NCBI GenBank assembly: GCA_051960855.1
Contig: JBQCDV010000038.1
Location: 2,625 to 66,624, forward strand
DNA: 64,000 nucleotides
Direction: 5' to 3'
Source of the DNA: Actinomycetales bacterium
GTDB taxonomy: Bacteria > Actinomycetota > Actinomycetes > JAJZTN01
Shown here piece by piece: positions 10,731 to 20,220 of the stretch. The position numbers and the translations under genes are program-made. A model generated the notes under the pieces. That model was not told the DNA's origin. It saw only the letters and a list, made by a program, of their open reading frames with translations, and ran no database searches. Position 1 is the first letter of the stretch, and each line of letters begins with the position of its first letter.

Positions 10731-12422
10731 GTGACGCACGCCGACGGGACGAACGCCGCAGCCACGGCGGACGTCGTGGTCGTCGGTGCCGGCCTGGCGG
10801 GGCTGGTCGTCACCGCCGAGCTGGTCCAGGCGGGGCACCGGGTCGTGCTGCTGGACCAGGAGGGTGAGGGGTCCCTTGGCGGCCAGGCCTGGTGGTCCTT
10901 CGGCGGCCTCTTCCTCGTCGACAGCCCGGAGCAGCGGCGGCTGCGCGTGCGGGACTCGGTCGAACTGGCTTGGCGGGACTGGGAGGCCACAGCTGGCTTC
11001 GACCGGCCGGAGGACCACTGGCCACGCGAGTGGGCCCGCTCCTACGTGGAGTTCGCCGCGGGGGAGAAGCGCGCGTGGCTGCGCTCCCTCGGTGTGCGCT
11101 TCTTCCCCGTCGTTGGCTGGGCCGAGCGCGGCGGGAGCGGCGCCCTGGGGCCCGGCAACTCGGTGCCCCGCTTCCACATCGTGTGGGGCACCGGCCCGGG
11201 TGTGCTCGAGCCCTTCCTGCAGCGGGTGCGCGATGCTGTCGACCGCGGCCTCGTCACGCTGCTCCCGCGCCACCGCGTCGCGGAGTTGGTGGTCTCCGTT
11301 GTCGAGGGCGGCCGTCGGCGGGTGACCGGAGTGCGCGGTCACCGGCTGGTCGCCACGGACGCACGGCGCGGCGAGACGTCATCGCGTGAGGTGGTCGGCG
11401 ACTTCGAGCTGGCAGCTCAGGCTGTCGTCCTCACCAGCGGCGGTCTCGGTGGCGACGAGGAGCGGGTGCGCTCGTTGTGGCCCGCACGTCTGGGGACGCC
11501 TCCGTCCCGCATGCTCGCGGGGGTGCCGGCTCACGTCGACGGCTCCGGTGTGCGGGCGGCGGTGACGGCCGGTGCCCGCACCATCAACGGCGACCGGATG
11601 TGGCACTACGTCGAGGGGGTGCACGCGCCCGACCCGGTGTGGCCGCGGCACGGCATCCGGATCCTGCCCGGTCCCTCGGCCCTGTGGCTGGACGCCACGG
11701 GGCACCGGCTGCCAGCGCCGTTCTACCCGGGGTTCGACACCCTCGGCACGCTCGCCCACCTGCGCTCGACGGGGCACGACCACAGCTGGTTCGTGGCGAC
11801 TCGGGAGATCGCCGGCAAGGAGTTCGCGTTGTCTGGCAGCGACCAGAACCCCGACCTCACCGGCCGCTCCTGGCGAGGCGTCCTCGCCCGCGCCAGGACC
11901 GAGGTCCCCACCCCCCTGCAACGCATCCTCGACGCGAGTGGCGATGCCGTGGTGGCCGACGACCTGCCGCAGCTGGTGGCCGGCATGAACGCGCTGACCG
12001 GGCAGGAGCTGCTCGATCCCGCCCAGGTCGAGCGCGAGGTCAGGGCACGCGATGACGAAGCGACAGCGCCGTTCGGCAAGGACGCGCAGCTCACAGCGGT
12101 GCGAGCGGCGCGCCGCTACGTCGGCGACCGGCTCGTGCGCGTCGCCGCGCCGCACCGCCTGCTGGATCCTGCGCACGGTCCGCTCGTGGCGCTGCGACTG
12201 TCGGTGCTGACCCGCAAGACGCTGGGCGGCCTCGAGACCGACCTCGGCGGCCGGGTGCTGGACGTTGCCGGGCAGCCGGTGGAGGGGTTGTTCGCAGCGG
12301 GGGAGGCGGCTGGCTTCGGCGGCGGCGGGATGCACGGCTACCGAGCGTTGGAGGGCACCTTCCTCGGCGGCTGCCTCTACTCCGGCCGGGTGGTGGCCAG
12401 CGCGCTCTCGTCCCAGCTGTGA
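10731..12422 (+). CDS. FAD-binding dehydrogenase (COG3573-like predicted oxidoreductase)
   Basis: 'DVVVVGAGLAGLVVTAEL ... VVLLDQE' dinucleotide-binding motif. About 560 aa. The 3' end overlaps the convergent GGDEF/EAL gene by 46 bp. Confidence 0.7.
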   Translation: MTHADGTNAAATADVVVVGAGLAGLVVTAELVQAGHRVVLLDQEGEGSLGGQAWWSFGGLFLVDSPEQRRLRVRDSVELAWRDWEATAGFDRPEDHWPREWARSYVEFAAGEKRAWLRSLGVRFFPVVGWAERGGSGALGPGNSVPRFHIVWGTGPGVLEPFLQRVRDAVDRGLVTLLPRHRVAELVVSVVEGGRRRVTGVRGHRLVATDARRGETSSREVVGDFELAAQAVVLTSGGLGGDEERVRSLWPARLGTPPSRMLAGVPAHVDGSGVRAAVTAGARTINGDRMWHYVEGVHAPDPVWPRHGIRILPGPSALWLDATGHRLPAPFYPGFDTLGTLAHLRSTGHDHSWFVATREIAGKEFALSGSDQNPDLTGRSWRGVLARARTEVPTPLQRILDASGDAVVADDLPQLVAGMNALTGQELLDPAQVEREVRARDDEATAPFGKDAQLTAVRAARRYVGDRLVRVAAPHRLLDPAHGPLVALRLSVLTRKTLGGLETDLGGRVLDVAGQPVEGLFAAGEAAGFGGGGMHGYRALEGTFLGGCLYSGRVVASALSSQL

Positions 12423-14992
12423 CGGGACTGCGACGGCACCGTCCGGCCATCGCACGCGGCTCCCTGCGCCTGCCGGCAGCCGAGCTGCCGCAGCGTCTCC
12501 AGGGCGGCGGCGCTCGCGACGCCCGTGCCGACCACCTCCCACTGCAGCTCCTGAGCGGCGGCGATCACACCTCGTGCGACCGCACGGGCTCCCGGCGCGC
12601 CCGACGAACGGCTCGGGTCGAGGCCTGCGACGAGGTCAGCCGACAGCTTCACGACGTCGAGGGGCAGCTGCGCCAGCACCGCCAGCCGCGTCGACGCCGT
12701 CCCGAAATGGTCGACGCCGACCCGCACTCCCAGCTCCCGCAGCCGCCTCAGGACAGGCACCAGGGCTTCGCCGTTCGCGACGACCTGAGACTCGGAGAAC
12801 TCCAGCACCAGGCGGCGCGGCTCTAGGCCAGTCGAGGAGAGGGCGTCGGCCACCAGGGGCAGAAGGTCGAGCGTCAGAGCCTGCGAGGAGACGACGTCGA
12901 CGTGGACGGCTCGGGGCGTCGGCCAGGTGGTCGCCTCGGAGCAGGCGCGTTGCAGCAGCAGTGTGGCCACGTCCTCGAGGACCCCGGCCTGCTGTGCCAG
13001 GCGCAGCCACGAGTCGTGCGAGGGATGGTGCAGGGACGGCGCGGCGTGCCCACGCCCGGAGAGGACGCCGAGGGTCGGGTGGTGCCAGTCCAGCACGGCC
13101 TCCTGGCCCACCACCGAGCCGGAAGCGGTGTCAACGATCGGCTCGTAGCGCACCCGCAACTGATCGCGGGCGACAGCGTGCCGGATGTCCTCGGCGATCG
13201 AGGCGAGCTCGCGAAGCGACTGGGGGAGGGAGTCGTCCGAAGCCGCGATCGCCCCTCGGCCATGACGCTTGACCTGGTAGAGGGCGCCATCGGAGCGGTC
13301 GAGCAGCTCCTCCGGACTGCTCGAGGCCGCGCCGAGTGCGATGCCGCCGCTGGTCGTGACCCGGATGCTGGAGCCGGCCACGGCGAACGGCGCATCGAAG
13401 CAGGCCAGCAGCCGGTCGGCCAGCGTCCGCGCTTCCGCCGGGCTGTTCAGCTCCGCGGCGGCGACGACGAACTCGTCGCCGCTGATGCGGGCTACGAGAT
13501 CTCCAGCGCGCGCGGCCGAGCGCAGGCGCTGGCCGACCTCGATGAGTAGGTCGTCTCCCGCTGCGTGGCCGAAGGCATCGTTGACCCGCTTGAAGTGGTC
13601 GAGGTCGAGAAAGATCACTCCTACCGACGTCCCCGAGCGGCGCGCAGCGTCCAGCATCCGCTGCAGGCTGTCCCGCAGCAGGAGCCGGTTGGGCAGCCCG
13701 GTGAGCGCGTCGTGCAGAGCCAGCCGCTCCAGGGACGCTTCGACGTCCTTGCGAGCCGTGATGTCCACCAGCTGAACGGTCGCGCGGGCAACGTCGGAGG
13801 GGTCGCGGACGGCGGCCACCTCGACCCAGGAGATCGAGCCGTCCCGGCTGCGCAGCCGCAGCTCGCCCTGCCACTCCCCGTCCCGGTCGAGCCCCTGGAG
13901 CACCTCGGCGATGTCCCCAGCTGACTCGAGCGCGACGAGTTCGGACAGGGCTCGTCCGGCCGGCTCGGCGACCCGCATCAGCCGGCAGAAGGCGGGGTTA
14001 GCCCAGTCGACGACACCGTGGCGCGCACCGTCGAGCGCGACCACTGCGTTGCCGACCAGAGCGCTCTCCAGCAGCTGGCGGAGGCTGCGCTGCCCCCGGA
14101 GGGCGGCCGTCAGAGCCGACCACCGCTCCTGGTCGACCAGTGCCAGGTGGGCTCCCAGCAGCGCCAGCATCGCGAGAAAGCCCTGTGCCGACACGGCCCG
14201 CAGGTCCGGCCGGCCGAGCGTCACGAAGGGGCCATGGTCGGCCAGGGTGTAGGCGATGGCGAGCGACGCCGTCCAGCTCACGTGCAGACCGGTGAAGCGC
14301 AGGCCGAGCCGCGCGCCGGCCCAGACGGTGAACGGCACGAGGAGCCACGTCATCGGCAGCTCGACGCGGGGGTCGAAGACGACGAGGTAGGCCACCGTGG
14401 AGGACAGCAGGCAGATCCCGGCCTCCATGAGGCGAGGCCGACGGACGGGCGGGGTAGAGGACAGGGCTGCGACGATGACCACGACGATGAGCGCGCTCGT
14501 GCCGTTGCGCGTCAGGACGAGCCCGACGGAGCGCAGCAGGTGGCCCGCACCGTCGGCAGCGGGGGAGGCGAGTGCCGTGAGCGGGGCGCTGGCGCAGGCA
14601 GCGGCGGTCGCAGCTGCGAGGGCCGACCCGATGTCGCGTGGCTGCCGTAGGACGACCCGCCCGCGGGCCACTGCGCCGCATCGCTCCAGAACGGCCGCGA
14701 GGACAGCGGCCTGGACGACGTTGGCCACCCCGAAGACGACGGCAGACCGGAGTGGCGCTCCCGTCCAGGCGTTCAGAGTCACCGTGGACACGGCGATTCC
14801 CACGGCTGCGACGCGTGCCATCGTCGCTCCGGAGCGTCGCTCGCGGTCACGTTGGCGAGCGGCGAGCAGCCACAGCGCCCCGACTCCCGCGGCGGGCCAG
14901 ATAAGGGCGAGCGAGGCTGTCGCGGGCACAGTGAGCCGTCCGAGGACCACCGCTGCGGCGAAGAGGGCGAGCCAGGGCCCGGCGCTCAGCAT
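12377..14992 (-). CDS. Membrane sensor-PAS-GGDEF-EAL protein (c-di-GMP turnover)
   Basis: An N-terminal multi-TM sensor, a PAS region, a diguanylate cyclase domain with the variant 'SGDEF' signature, and an EAL-type phosphodiesterase domain ('EAV', 'DHFGTA', 'EFSES'). Confidence 0.85.
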   Translation of the reverse strand: MLSAGPWLALFAAAVVLGRLTVPATASLALIWPAAGVGALWLLAARQRDRERRSGATMARVAAVGIAVSTVTLNAWTGAPLRSAVVFGVANVVQAAVLAAVLERCGAVARGRVVLRQPRDIGSALAAATAAACASAPLTALASPAADGAGHLLRSVGLVLTRNGTSALIVVVIVAALSSTPPVRRPRLMEAGICLLSSTVAYLVVFDPRVELPMTWLLVPFTVWAGARLGLRFTGLHVSWTASLAIAYTLADHGPFVTLGRPDLRAVSAQGFLAMLALLGAHLALVDQERWSALTAALRGQRSLRQLLESALVGNAVVALDGARHGVVDWANPAFCRLMRVAEPAGRALSELVALESAGDIAEVLQGLDRDGEWQGELRLRSRDGSISWVEVAAVRDPSDVARATVQLVDITARKDVEASLERLALHDALTGLPNRLLLRDSLQRMLDAARRSGTSVGVIFLDLDHFKRVNDAFGHAAGDDLLIEVGQRLRSAARAGDLVARISGDEFVVAAAELNSPAEARTLADRLLACFDAPFAVAGSSIRVTTSGGIALGAASSSPEELLDRSDGALYQVKRHGRGAIAASDDSLPQSLRELASIAEDIRHAVARDQLRVRYEPIVDTASGSVVGQEAVLDWHHPTLGVLSGRGHAAPSLHHPSHDSWLRLAQQAGVLEDVATLLLQRACSEATTWPTPRAVHVDVVSSQALTLDLLPLVADALSSTGLEPRRLVLEFSESQVVANGEALVPVLRRLRELGVRVGVDHFGTASTRLAVLAQLPLDVVKLSADLVAGLDPSRSSGAPGARAVARGVIAAAQELQWEVVGTGVASAAALETLRQLGCRQAQGAACDGRTVPSQSRHSWDESALATTRPE

Positions 14993-15113
14993 GGGCCGCC
15001 TCCTCCTCGGGCACTTGTGACGCCTACCTATCGGCAGCGACAGCAGCGCCTGGAGGACAAGTCAGTGCCATCGCGGTCAGCCAAGCCGCAAGGCGGTCGT
15101 GGGAGCTGTTCGC

Positions 15114-16154
15114 TCAGGAGCCGGAGGCAGGTGTGCGGTCGTGCTTGAGGTCGTCGAAAAGCCGCAGCGCGGCCTGACGGTCCCACTTCACAGTCGATCC
15201 CACAGGCGTGTGGTAGTCGGGGTCCGCCACCGGGACAGTCGTGCGGACACCGGAGGACCCCGCAACGGCCCGCATGGCCAGCGCCCAGCGCGCGACATCG
15301 AGGGGACCGCTCGCGTCGTCGACGGTCAGGGAGTCGCCGGCCGCGAGCGCGAGGCTGCCGAGCCGCCACGGCAGCAGGAGGGTGGTGGGGCTCGTGGCCT
15401 TGTCGCTGATCGCGCCCAGCACCTCACGCTGCCGCTCGACCCGGCCGAGGTCCCCGCGGGGATCGGAGTACCGCGCGCGGACATACGCCAGAGCTGTGGG
15501 ACCGGTGACCGTCTGGCAGCCGGCTTGGATGTGCAGCCCGGCCTTCGTGTCGTTCATCGCCCGTTTCGGGCACACCTGCACGCCGCCGACCGCGTCAACC
15601 ATGTCGACGAAGCCCAGAAAACCGATCTGCACGTAGTGGTCGATCCGCAGCCCCGTCACATTCTCGACGGTGGTGACCAGGAGAGGCGCGCCCCCGAAGG
15701 CGAACGCCGCGTTGAGCTTGTTGCGTCCGTGCCCCGGTATCGGCACGTAGGAGTCGCGGGGCAGGCTGACCAGCACCGAGGGTCCGCCGTTGTCCGGCAC
15801 GTGCAGCAGCAGGATCGTGTCGGTGCGCTGACCCTCCGCTCGCCCGGTATGCAGCTCTCGCCGTTGCTGCGGAGTCAGCTGCTCGCGGCCGTCGGAGCCC
15901 ACCATCAGGTAGTTCGTCCCCGCAGCGGCGGCGGGGCGGTCTCCCGAGCTGAAGGCGGTCACCTTGTCGACGCGCAGCCATGCCAGCGCCGCGACGACCA
16001 GCAGCGCCACGAGCACCACGGCGATGACGGCCACCAGCCATCGGACCCACCGGAACCGCCGGCGCCGGCGGGGTAGCGGCTGCGCCTCGCGAGGGTTGGG
16101 CGGCGGCGGGTCTGATCGGTAGATGACGTGGGTCGGCTCGTCGGGGCCGCTCAC
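15114..16154 (-). CDS. LCP family (LytR-CpsA-Psr) cell-wall glycopolymer ligase
   Basis: A single N-terminal TM segment, then 'NYLMVGSDGRE ... RTDTILLLHVP ... SLPRDSYVPIPGHGRNKLNAAFAFGG', the LCP catalytic core. Confidence 0.85.
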   Translation of the reverse strand: MSGPDEPTHVIYRSDPPPPNPREAQPLPRRRRRFRWVRWLVAVIAVVLVALLVVAALAWLRVDKVTAFSSGDRPAAAAGTNYLMVGSDGREQLTPQQRRELHTGRAEGQRTDTILLLHVPDNGGPSVLVSLPRDSYVPIPGHGRNKLNAAFAFGGAPLLVTTVENVTGLRIDHYVQIGFLGFVDMVDAVGGVQVCPKRAMNDTKAGLHIQAGCQTVTGPTALAYVRARYSDPRGDLGRVERQREVLGAISDKATSPTTLLLPWRLGSLALAAGDSLTVDDASGPLDVARWALAMRAVAGSSGVRTTVPVADPDYHTPVGSTVKWDRQAALRLFDDLKHDRTPASGS

Positions 16155-16188
16155 GCCGTCACCCCCGAGCCGGAACGCCGCTGCGTCG

Positions 16189-17664
16189 CTACCCGACGCT
16201 GCACGACTTCTCCTCGGCGGCGGTGTGGGTCTCGATCGTCCCGCCCGCGGTGCTCGTGCCGCTGGCGGACGGGGTCGGTGCTGCCGACGCCACGGTCACG
16301 GGCTTGAGGCCGGAGTAGTCGGAGCCGAGCAGCACCTGGAAGGTGCCCCCGAGACCGTCGACCTGAGTGAAGGTCGCGTCGGGCAGGGCTGCCTGGAGGG
16401 TCTTGACCGAACGGCTCCAGCGAGGGTCGTAACGGACCTCAGTGCTGGTCATCCCCGTCGTGTCCGCGTTGCCGGGGGAGCCGACGATGCGGAAGCCGGC
16501 CGCGCGGAAGTCGTCGGCGGCGCGCGTGGCGAGACCGGAGGTGCCAGCGGCGTTGAGCAGCTTCACCGAGATCTCCGACGGTGGCACCTCGGCGACGACG
16601 GCCGGGGTGGCCGACGGTGAGGGAGTCGGCGTCGGGGAGTTGATCGGCCGGTCGTTCTCGATGTCGCTGAAGAGCCGCTGGGAGAGCGTCTCGTCCCACA
16701 GCACCGCCGAGCCGACGCCGCCGGGACGGTAGTCCTCGTTGGCGATCGGGACGGTGGCGAACACGATTCGGTTGGCGGACACGTTGCGCAGCTGCTGAGC
16801 GAGGTCGACAACGTCCGAGCGGGACAGACCGGGGTCGGCGTCGACGGCGTCGAGGGCGGCGTTGACGAAGGAGAGCAGCTTGACGGGGTTGAAGAGGACG
16901 CCGGCGCTCGTGGCCTCCTGGAACATCGCCCCGATGAAGGCCTGCTGGCGGCGCATGCGACCGATGTCGCCCTTGCCGTCGAAGTAGCGGGCGCGGACGT
17001 ACTTCAGCGCCTCGATGCCGTCCATGTGCTGCAGGCCGGGCTGCAGGTCGAGGCCGGCCTTCTGGTCCTTGATGGGCTGGCGGACGCACACGTTGACGCC
17101 GTTCAGAGCGTCGACCATGTCGACGAAGCCGTTGAAGTTGACCTCGACGTAGTGGTCGATGCGGACGTTGGTGTTCTGCTCGACGGTGCGGACCAACAGG
17201 GGGGCGCCGCCGAAGGCGAACGCGGCGTTGAGCTTGTTGTGGGTGACGCCCACCTGCTCGCCGTTCGACTCGTGCGGAGGGATCGTCACGTAGCTGTCGC
17301 GCGGCAGGCTGACGACGATGGCGCGGTCACGGTCCGCGCTGATGTGCAGCAGCAGCATCGTGTCGGAGCGCTGCCCCGAGCCGTTGTCGGCTGTGGCGCG
17401 GCCGACATGCAGCTTCTTGATCTGCTGGGGCGTCAGGCCCTCGCGGTTGTCCGAGCCAACGATCAGGTAGGTGACCGCGTCACCGGTCGCGGGGTTCTTG
17501 GTCGGCCGGTCCTGCTCGTTGAGCCCCTTGAAGACGTCGTTGCGGTGGATGCGGCCGGAGGAGTAGGTCAGAGCGGCCCAGCCGCCGCCGCTGACGACGA
17601 GCACGAGCGCGCTCACGATCGTCGCGACGAAGGCCAGGGCTCGTCGCATCGCGTGATCGCGCAT
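16189..17664 (-). CDS. LCP family protein with C-terminal LytR_C-like domain
   Basis: A second LCP core ('TYLIVGSDNRE ... RSDTMLLLHI ... SLPRDSYVTIPPH ... KLNAAFAFGGAPLL') with a ~150-aa C-terminal extension ('KLLNAAGTSGLATRAADDFRAAGFRIV'). Paralogue of the adjacent gene. Confidence 0.85.
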   Translation of the reverse strand: MRDHAMRRALAFVATIVSALVLVVSGGGWAALTYSSGRIHRNDVFKGLNEQDRPTKNPATGDAVTYLIVGSDNREGLTPQQIKKLHVGRATADNGSGQRSDTMLLLHISADRDRAIVVSLPRDSYVTIPPHESNGEQVGVTHNKLNAAFAFGGAPLLVRTVEQNTNVRIDHYVEVNFNGFVDMVDALNGVNVCVRQPIKDQKAGLDLQPGLQHMDGIEALKYVRARYFDGKGDIGRMRRQQAFIGAMFQEATSAGVLFNPVKLLSFVNAALDAVDADPGLSRSDVVDLAQQLRNVSANRIVFATVPIANEDYRPGGVGSAVLWDETLSQRLFSDIENDRPINSPTPTPSPSATPAVVAEVPPSEISVKLLNAAGTSGLATRAADDFRAAGFRIVGSPGNADTTGMTSTEVRYDPRWSRSVKTLQAALPDATFTQVDGLGGTFQVLLGSDYSGLKPVTVASAAPTPSASGTSTAGGTIETHTAAEEKSCSVG

Positions 17665-17686
17665 GGCTGGTCAGCCCCTCCTTGGT

Positions 17687-17731
17687 GGTCGTGTCTCTGT
17701 CGGTCGTGTCTCTGTCGGTCGTGTGTCGGGG
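17687..17731. repeat. 15-bp tandem repeat (GGTCGTGTCTCTGTC x3, third copy degenerate) upstream of the LCP gene
   Basis: Direct reading of the sequence. Lies 23-67 bp upstream of the 17664 start codon. Confidence 0.7.
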
Positions 17732-17835
17732 AGAACACGCCTCCCCGGGTGGCCTTCGAGCCTACCCGCGGTGATCACCACTCACGCCCGGTCGCGAGCT
17801 GGCCGGACGACCCGCGAGGTGCAGGCGCCGATCTC

Positions 17836-19077
17836 TTACATCCCGTTGGTCTTCGCCGGCTTGCTCGCCGACTCACGTGCCGAGCCGCCCGTCGGCTCCG
17901 TCACCGGCTCGCTCGCCGCCGGCTGCTCGCTCACGGGCAGCGGGGGGCGCCTCCGGTCAGCCCTGTCATCCGCGCGCCGGCGCGCCCACTCGCGCATGCG
18001 TCGCTCGCACGGCTGCTCGACGGCGTAGTAGAGAGCAGCCGCTGCCGCCACCGCCAGGACTCCAACGAGGATGAGGAGGCCGATGTTCCGGTTGCCCTCG
18101 GGCTGCGGGCCGATGGTGAGCTGGAAGCAGCGGATCACGGTCTGGTGGACGAGGTAGAAGCAGTAGCTCCAGGCGCCGAGCAGCACGAGGGGCCGCCACC
18201 GGAAGATGCTGCGGCGCCCGTCGATATCCAGGAGCGCGGCGGCCCCGATGGCGCCGGCGAAGAGCAGCGGCGTGACGAGCCGGTCGGCGACCTGCAGGCC
18301 GAAGTCGAGCGCCGGCAGCTGGGCCCGGATGGCGAAGCGCACCGGGATCTGGACGATCACCCAGAGCAGGATCAGCGCGATCCACCCCCACAGCCACCCC
18401 GGCGGCCGCCACCCCCGCCGCATGACCGTCGCGAGCGTCATGCCGAGCACGAACTGCCAGAGGGTGAAGAGCGGAGTCCGGAACGCCCAGGTCTGGTCCT
18501 TGCCCGTGAGGAGGGCGAGGACGACCGCTGACACCGCAACGACCACTACCGCCAGCCCGGCCAGCAGTCCCAGCAGCTGCCGGTTGGTGCGGCGCTGCAG
18601 CGGGGCGACGAGGAAGGGGAACATGGCGTAGAAGAAGGCCTCGCACGACAGCGTCCACGACACCGGGTTGCCGGGAAAGGTCGGTTGGAGCCGGGGCACC
18701 CACGCCTGCACGAGGAAGACCGAGAGCAGCGCGGTCCACGTCAGGGGCTGTCCGGAGGCGAAGTAGAAGACCGGAACGGCCAGCACGATGCCGGCCAGGT
18801 GCGAGGGGTAGATGCGCGCGACGCGTCGCCAGTAGAACTGGGACCTCTCACCGCCCTCGCGCCACGACCACACCAGCACGAAGCCGGACAGGATGAAGAA
18901 GAACGTCACGCCTGCCGCGCCGTACTCGGTCTCCGGGTAGATCAGCGGGACCTTCGCGAGGCCGGTGGTCGGAGACGTGCCGTGGAAGTGGTGCACGAAC
19001 ACCGCGAGCGCGGCGAACCACCGCAGCCCCGTCAGGGAGTCGAGCCGCGGGGTAGCAGGTCGGGCGCCGGAAGCCAT
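17836..19077 (-). CDS. Acyltransferase family 3 membrane protein (O-acyltransferase)
   Basis: 'LDSLTGLRWFAALAVFVHHF' is an acyltransferase_3 N-terminus, followed by about 10 TM helices. Start set at the internal ATG (MASGARP) rather than the 19224 ORF start. Confidence 0.75.
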   Translation of the reverse strand: MASGARPATPRLDSLTGLRWFAALAVFVHHFHGTSPTTGLAKVPLIYPETEYGAAGVTFFFILSGFVLVWSWREGGERSQFYWRRVARIYPSHLAGIVLAVPVFYFASGQPLTWTALLSVFLVQAWVPRLQPTFPGNPVSWTLSCEAFFYAMFPFLVAPLQRRTNRQLLGLLAGLAVVVVAVSAVVLALLTGKDQTWAFRTPLFTLWQFVLGMTLATVMRRGWRPPGWLWGWIALILLWVIVQIPVRFAIRAQLPALDFGLQVADRLVTPLLFAGAIGAAALLDIDGRRSIFRWRPLVLLGAWSYCFYLVHQTVIRCFQLTIGPQPEGNRNIGLLILVGVLAVAAAAALYYAVEQPCERRMREWARRRADDRADRRRPPLPVSEQPAASEPVTEPTGGSARESASKPAKTNGM

Positions 19078-19103
19078 CGGGCCGCGACGATACCCCGCGA
19101 TAC

Positions 19104-20220
19104 CCTCCGCGGCATGGCTGCCAGACGCCCGATGGACGACGACAGCCCGGCGGCGGGAGGTGACGACACCGTCGTCTGGCCTCCGGTCTCGGTGATCATG
19201 CCGGTGCTCGAGGAGGAGACCCACCTCGCCGAGGCGGTCGCCCGCGTGCTCGCCCAGGACTACCCGGGCGAGCTTGAGGTGGTGCTCGCGGTGGGACCGT
19301 CACGCGATCGCACCGAGGCGATCGCCGCCGAGCTCGCTGCCGCGGACGAGCGGGTCCGCGTCGTGCCCAACCCGACCGGCGCGACACCCTCGGGCCTGAA
19401 CGCCGCCCTGCGCGCCAGCCGCCACAGCATCGTCGTGCGCGTGGACGGGCACGGTCTCCTCTCTGACGGCTACATCCGCTCGGCTGTCCGGCTGCTGGAG
19501 GACACGGGGGCTGCCAATGTCGGAGGGACGATGGCGGCGGAGGGGACCGCGCCGCTCCAGCAAGCCGTGGCCTGTGCGATGCGCAGCCCGCTCGGGGTGG
19601 GCGGCGCCAAGTTTCACGTCGGCGGCGCCGAGGGCCCGGCCGAGAGCGTGTACCTCGGAGTCTTCCGCCGTGAGGTGCTCGAGGAGCTCGGCGGCTTCGA
19701 CGAGCGCTTTCGCCGCGCGCAGGACTGGGAGCTGAACTACCGCATCCGCACCAGCGGGCGCACGATCTGGTACTCCCCGACGCTGTCGGTGACCTACCGT
19801 CCCCGCGCCACCTGGCGGGCCCTCGCTCGGCAGTTCTTCCACACCGGACAGTGGCGGCGCCACGTCGTGCGCACCTATCCCGACACTGCTTCGCCGCGCT
19901 ACCTCGCGGCCCCGGTCGCTGTCGCTGGCATCGCCCTCGGGACCGCGATGGGGGTGACGGCCCAGGTGACAGCAGACCGCCACCCGGGCTGGGCCCGCCT
20001 GCTGCGGCTGGGTTGGGCAGCGCCCGCGGGGTATGGCGCGCTCGTGACCCTCGGAGGCTTTGCGATCACCCGGCAGCAACCGTGGCGCGTCCGCTCGCTG
20101 ATGCCGGCGGTGCTGGCCACCATGCACCTCACGTGGGGCGCGGGCTTCCTGGTGCCCGAACGGCAGAGCCATCCCGAACGGCAGAGCCATCCCGAACGGC
20201 AGAGCGACGGTGACGCATGA
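19104..20220 (+). CDS. Glycosyltransferase family 2
   Basis: 'VSVIMPVLEEETHLAEAVARVLAQDYPGELEVVLAV' GT-A N-terminus with DxD-type motifs. Diverges from the acyltransferase across a 26-bp spacer. C-terminus carries an 18-bp tandem repeat (ERQSHP x3). Confidence 0.8.
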
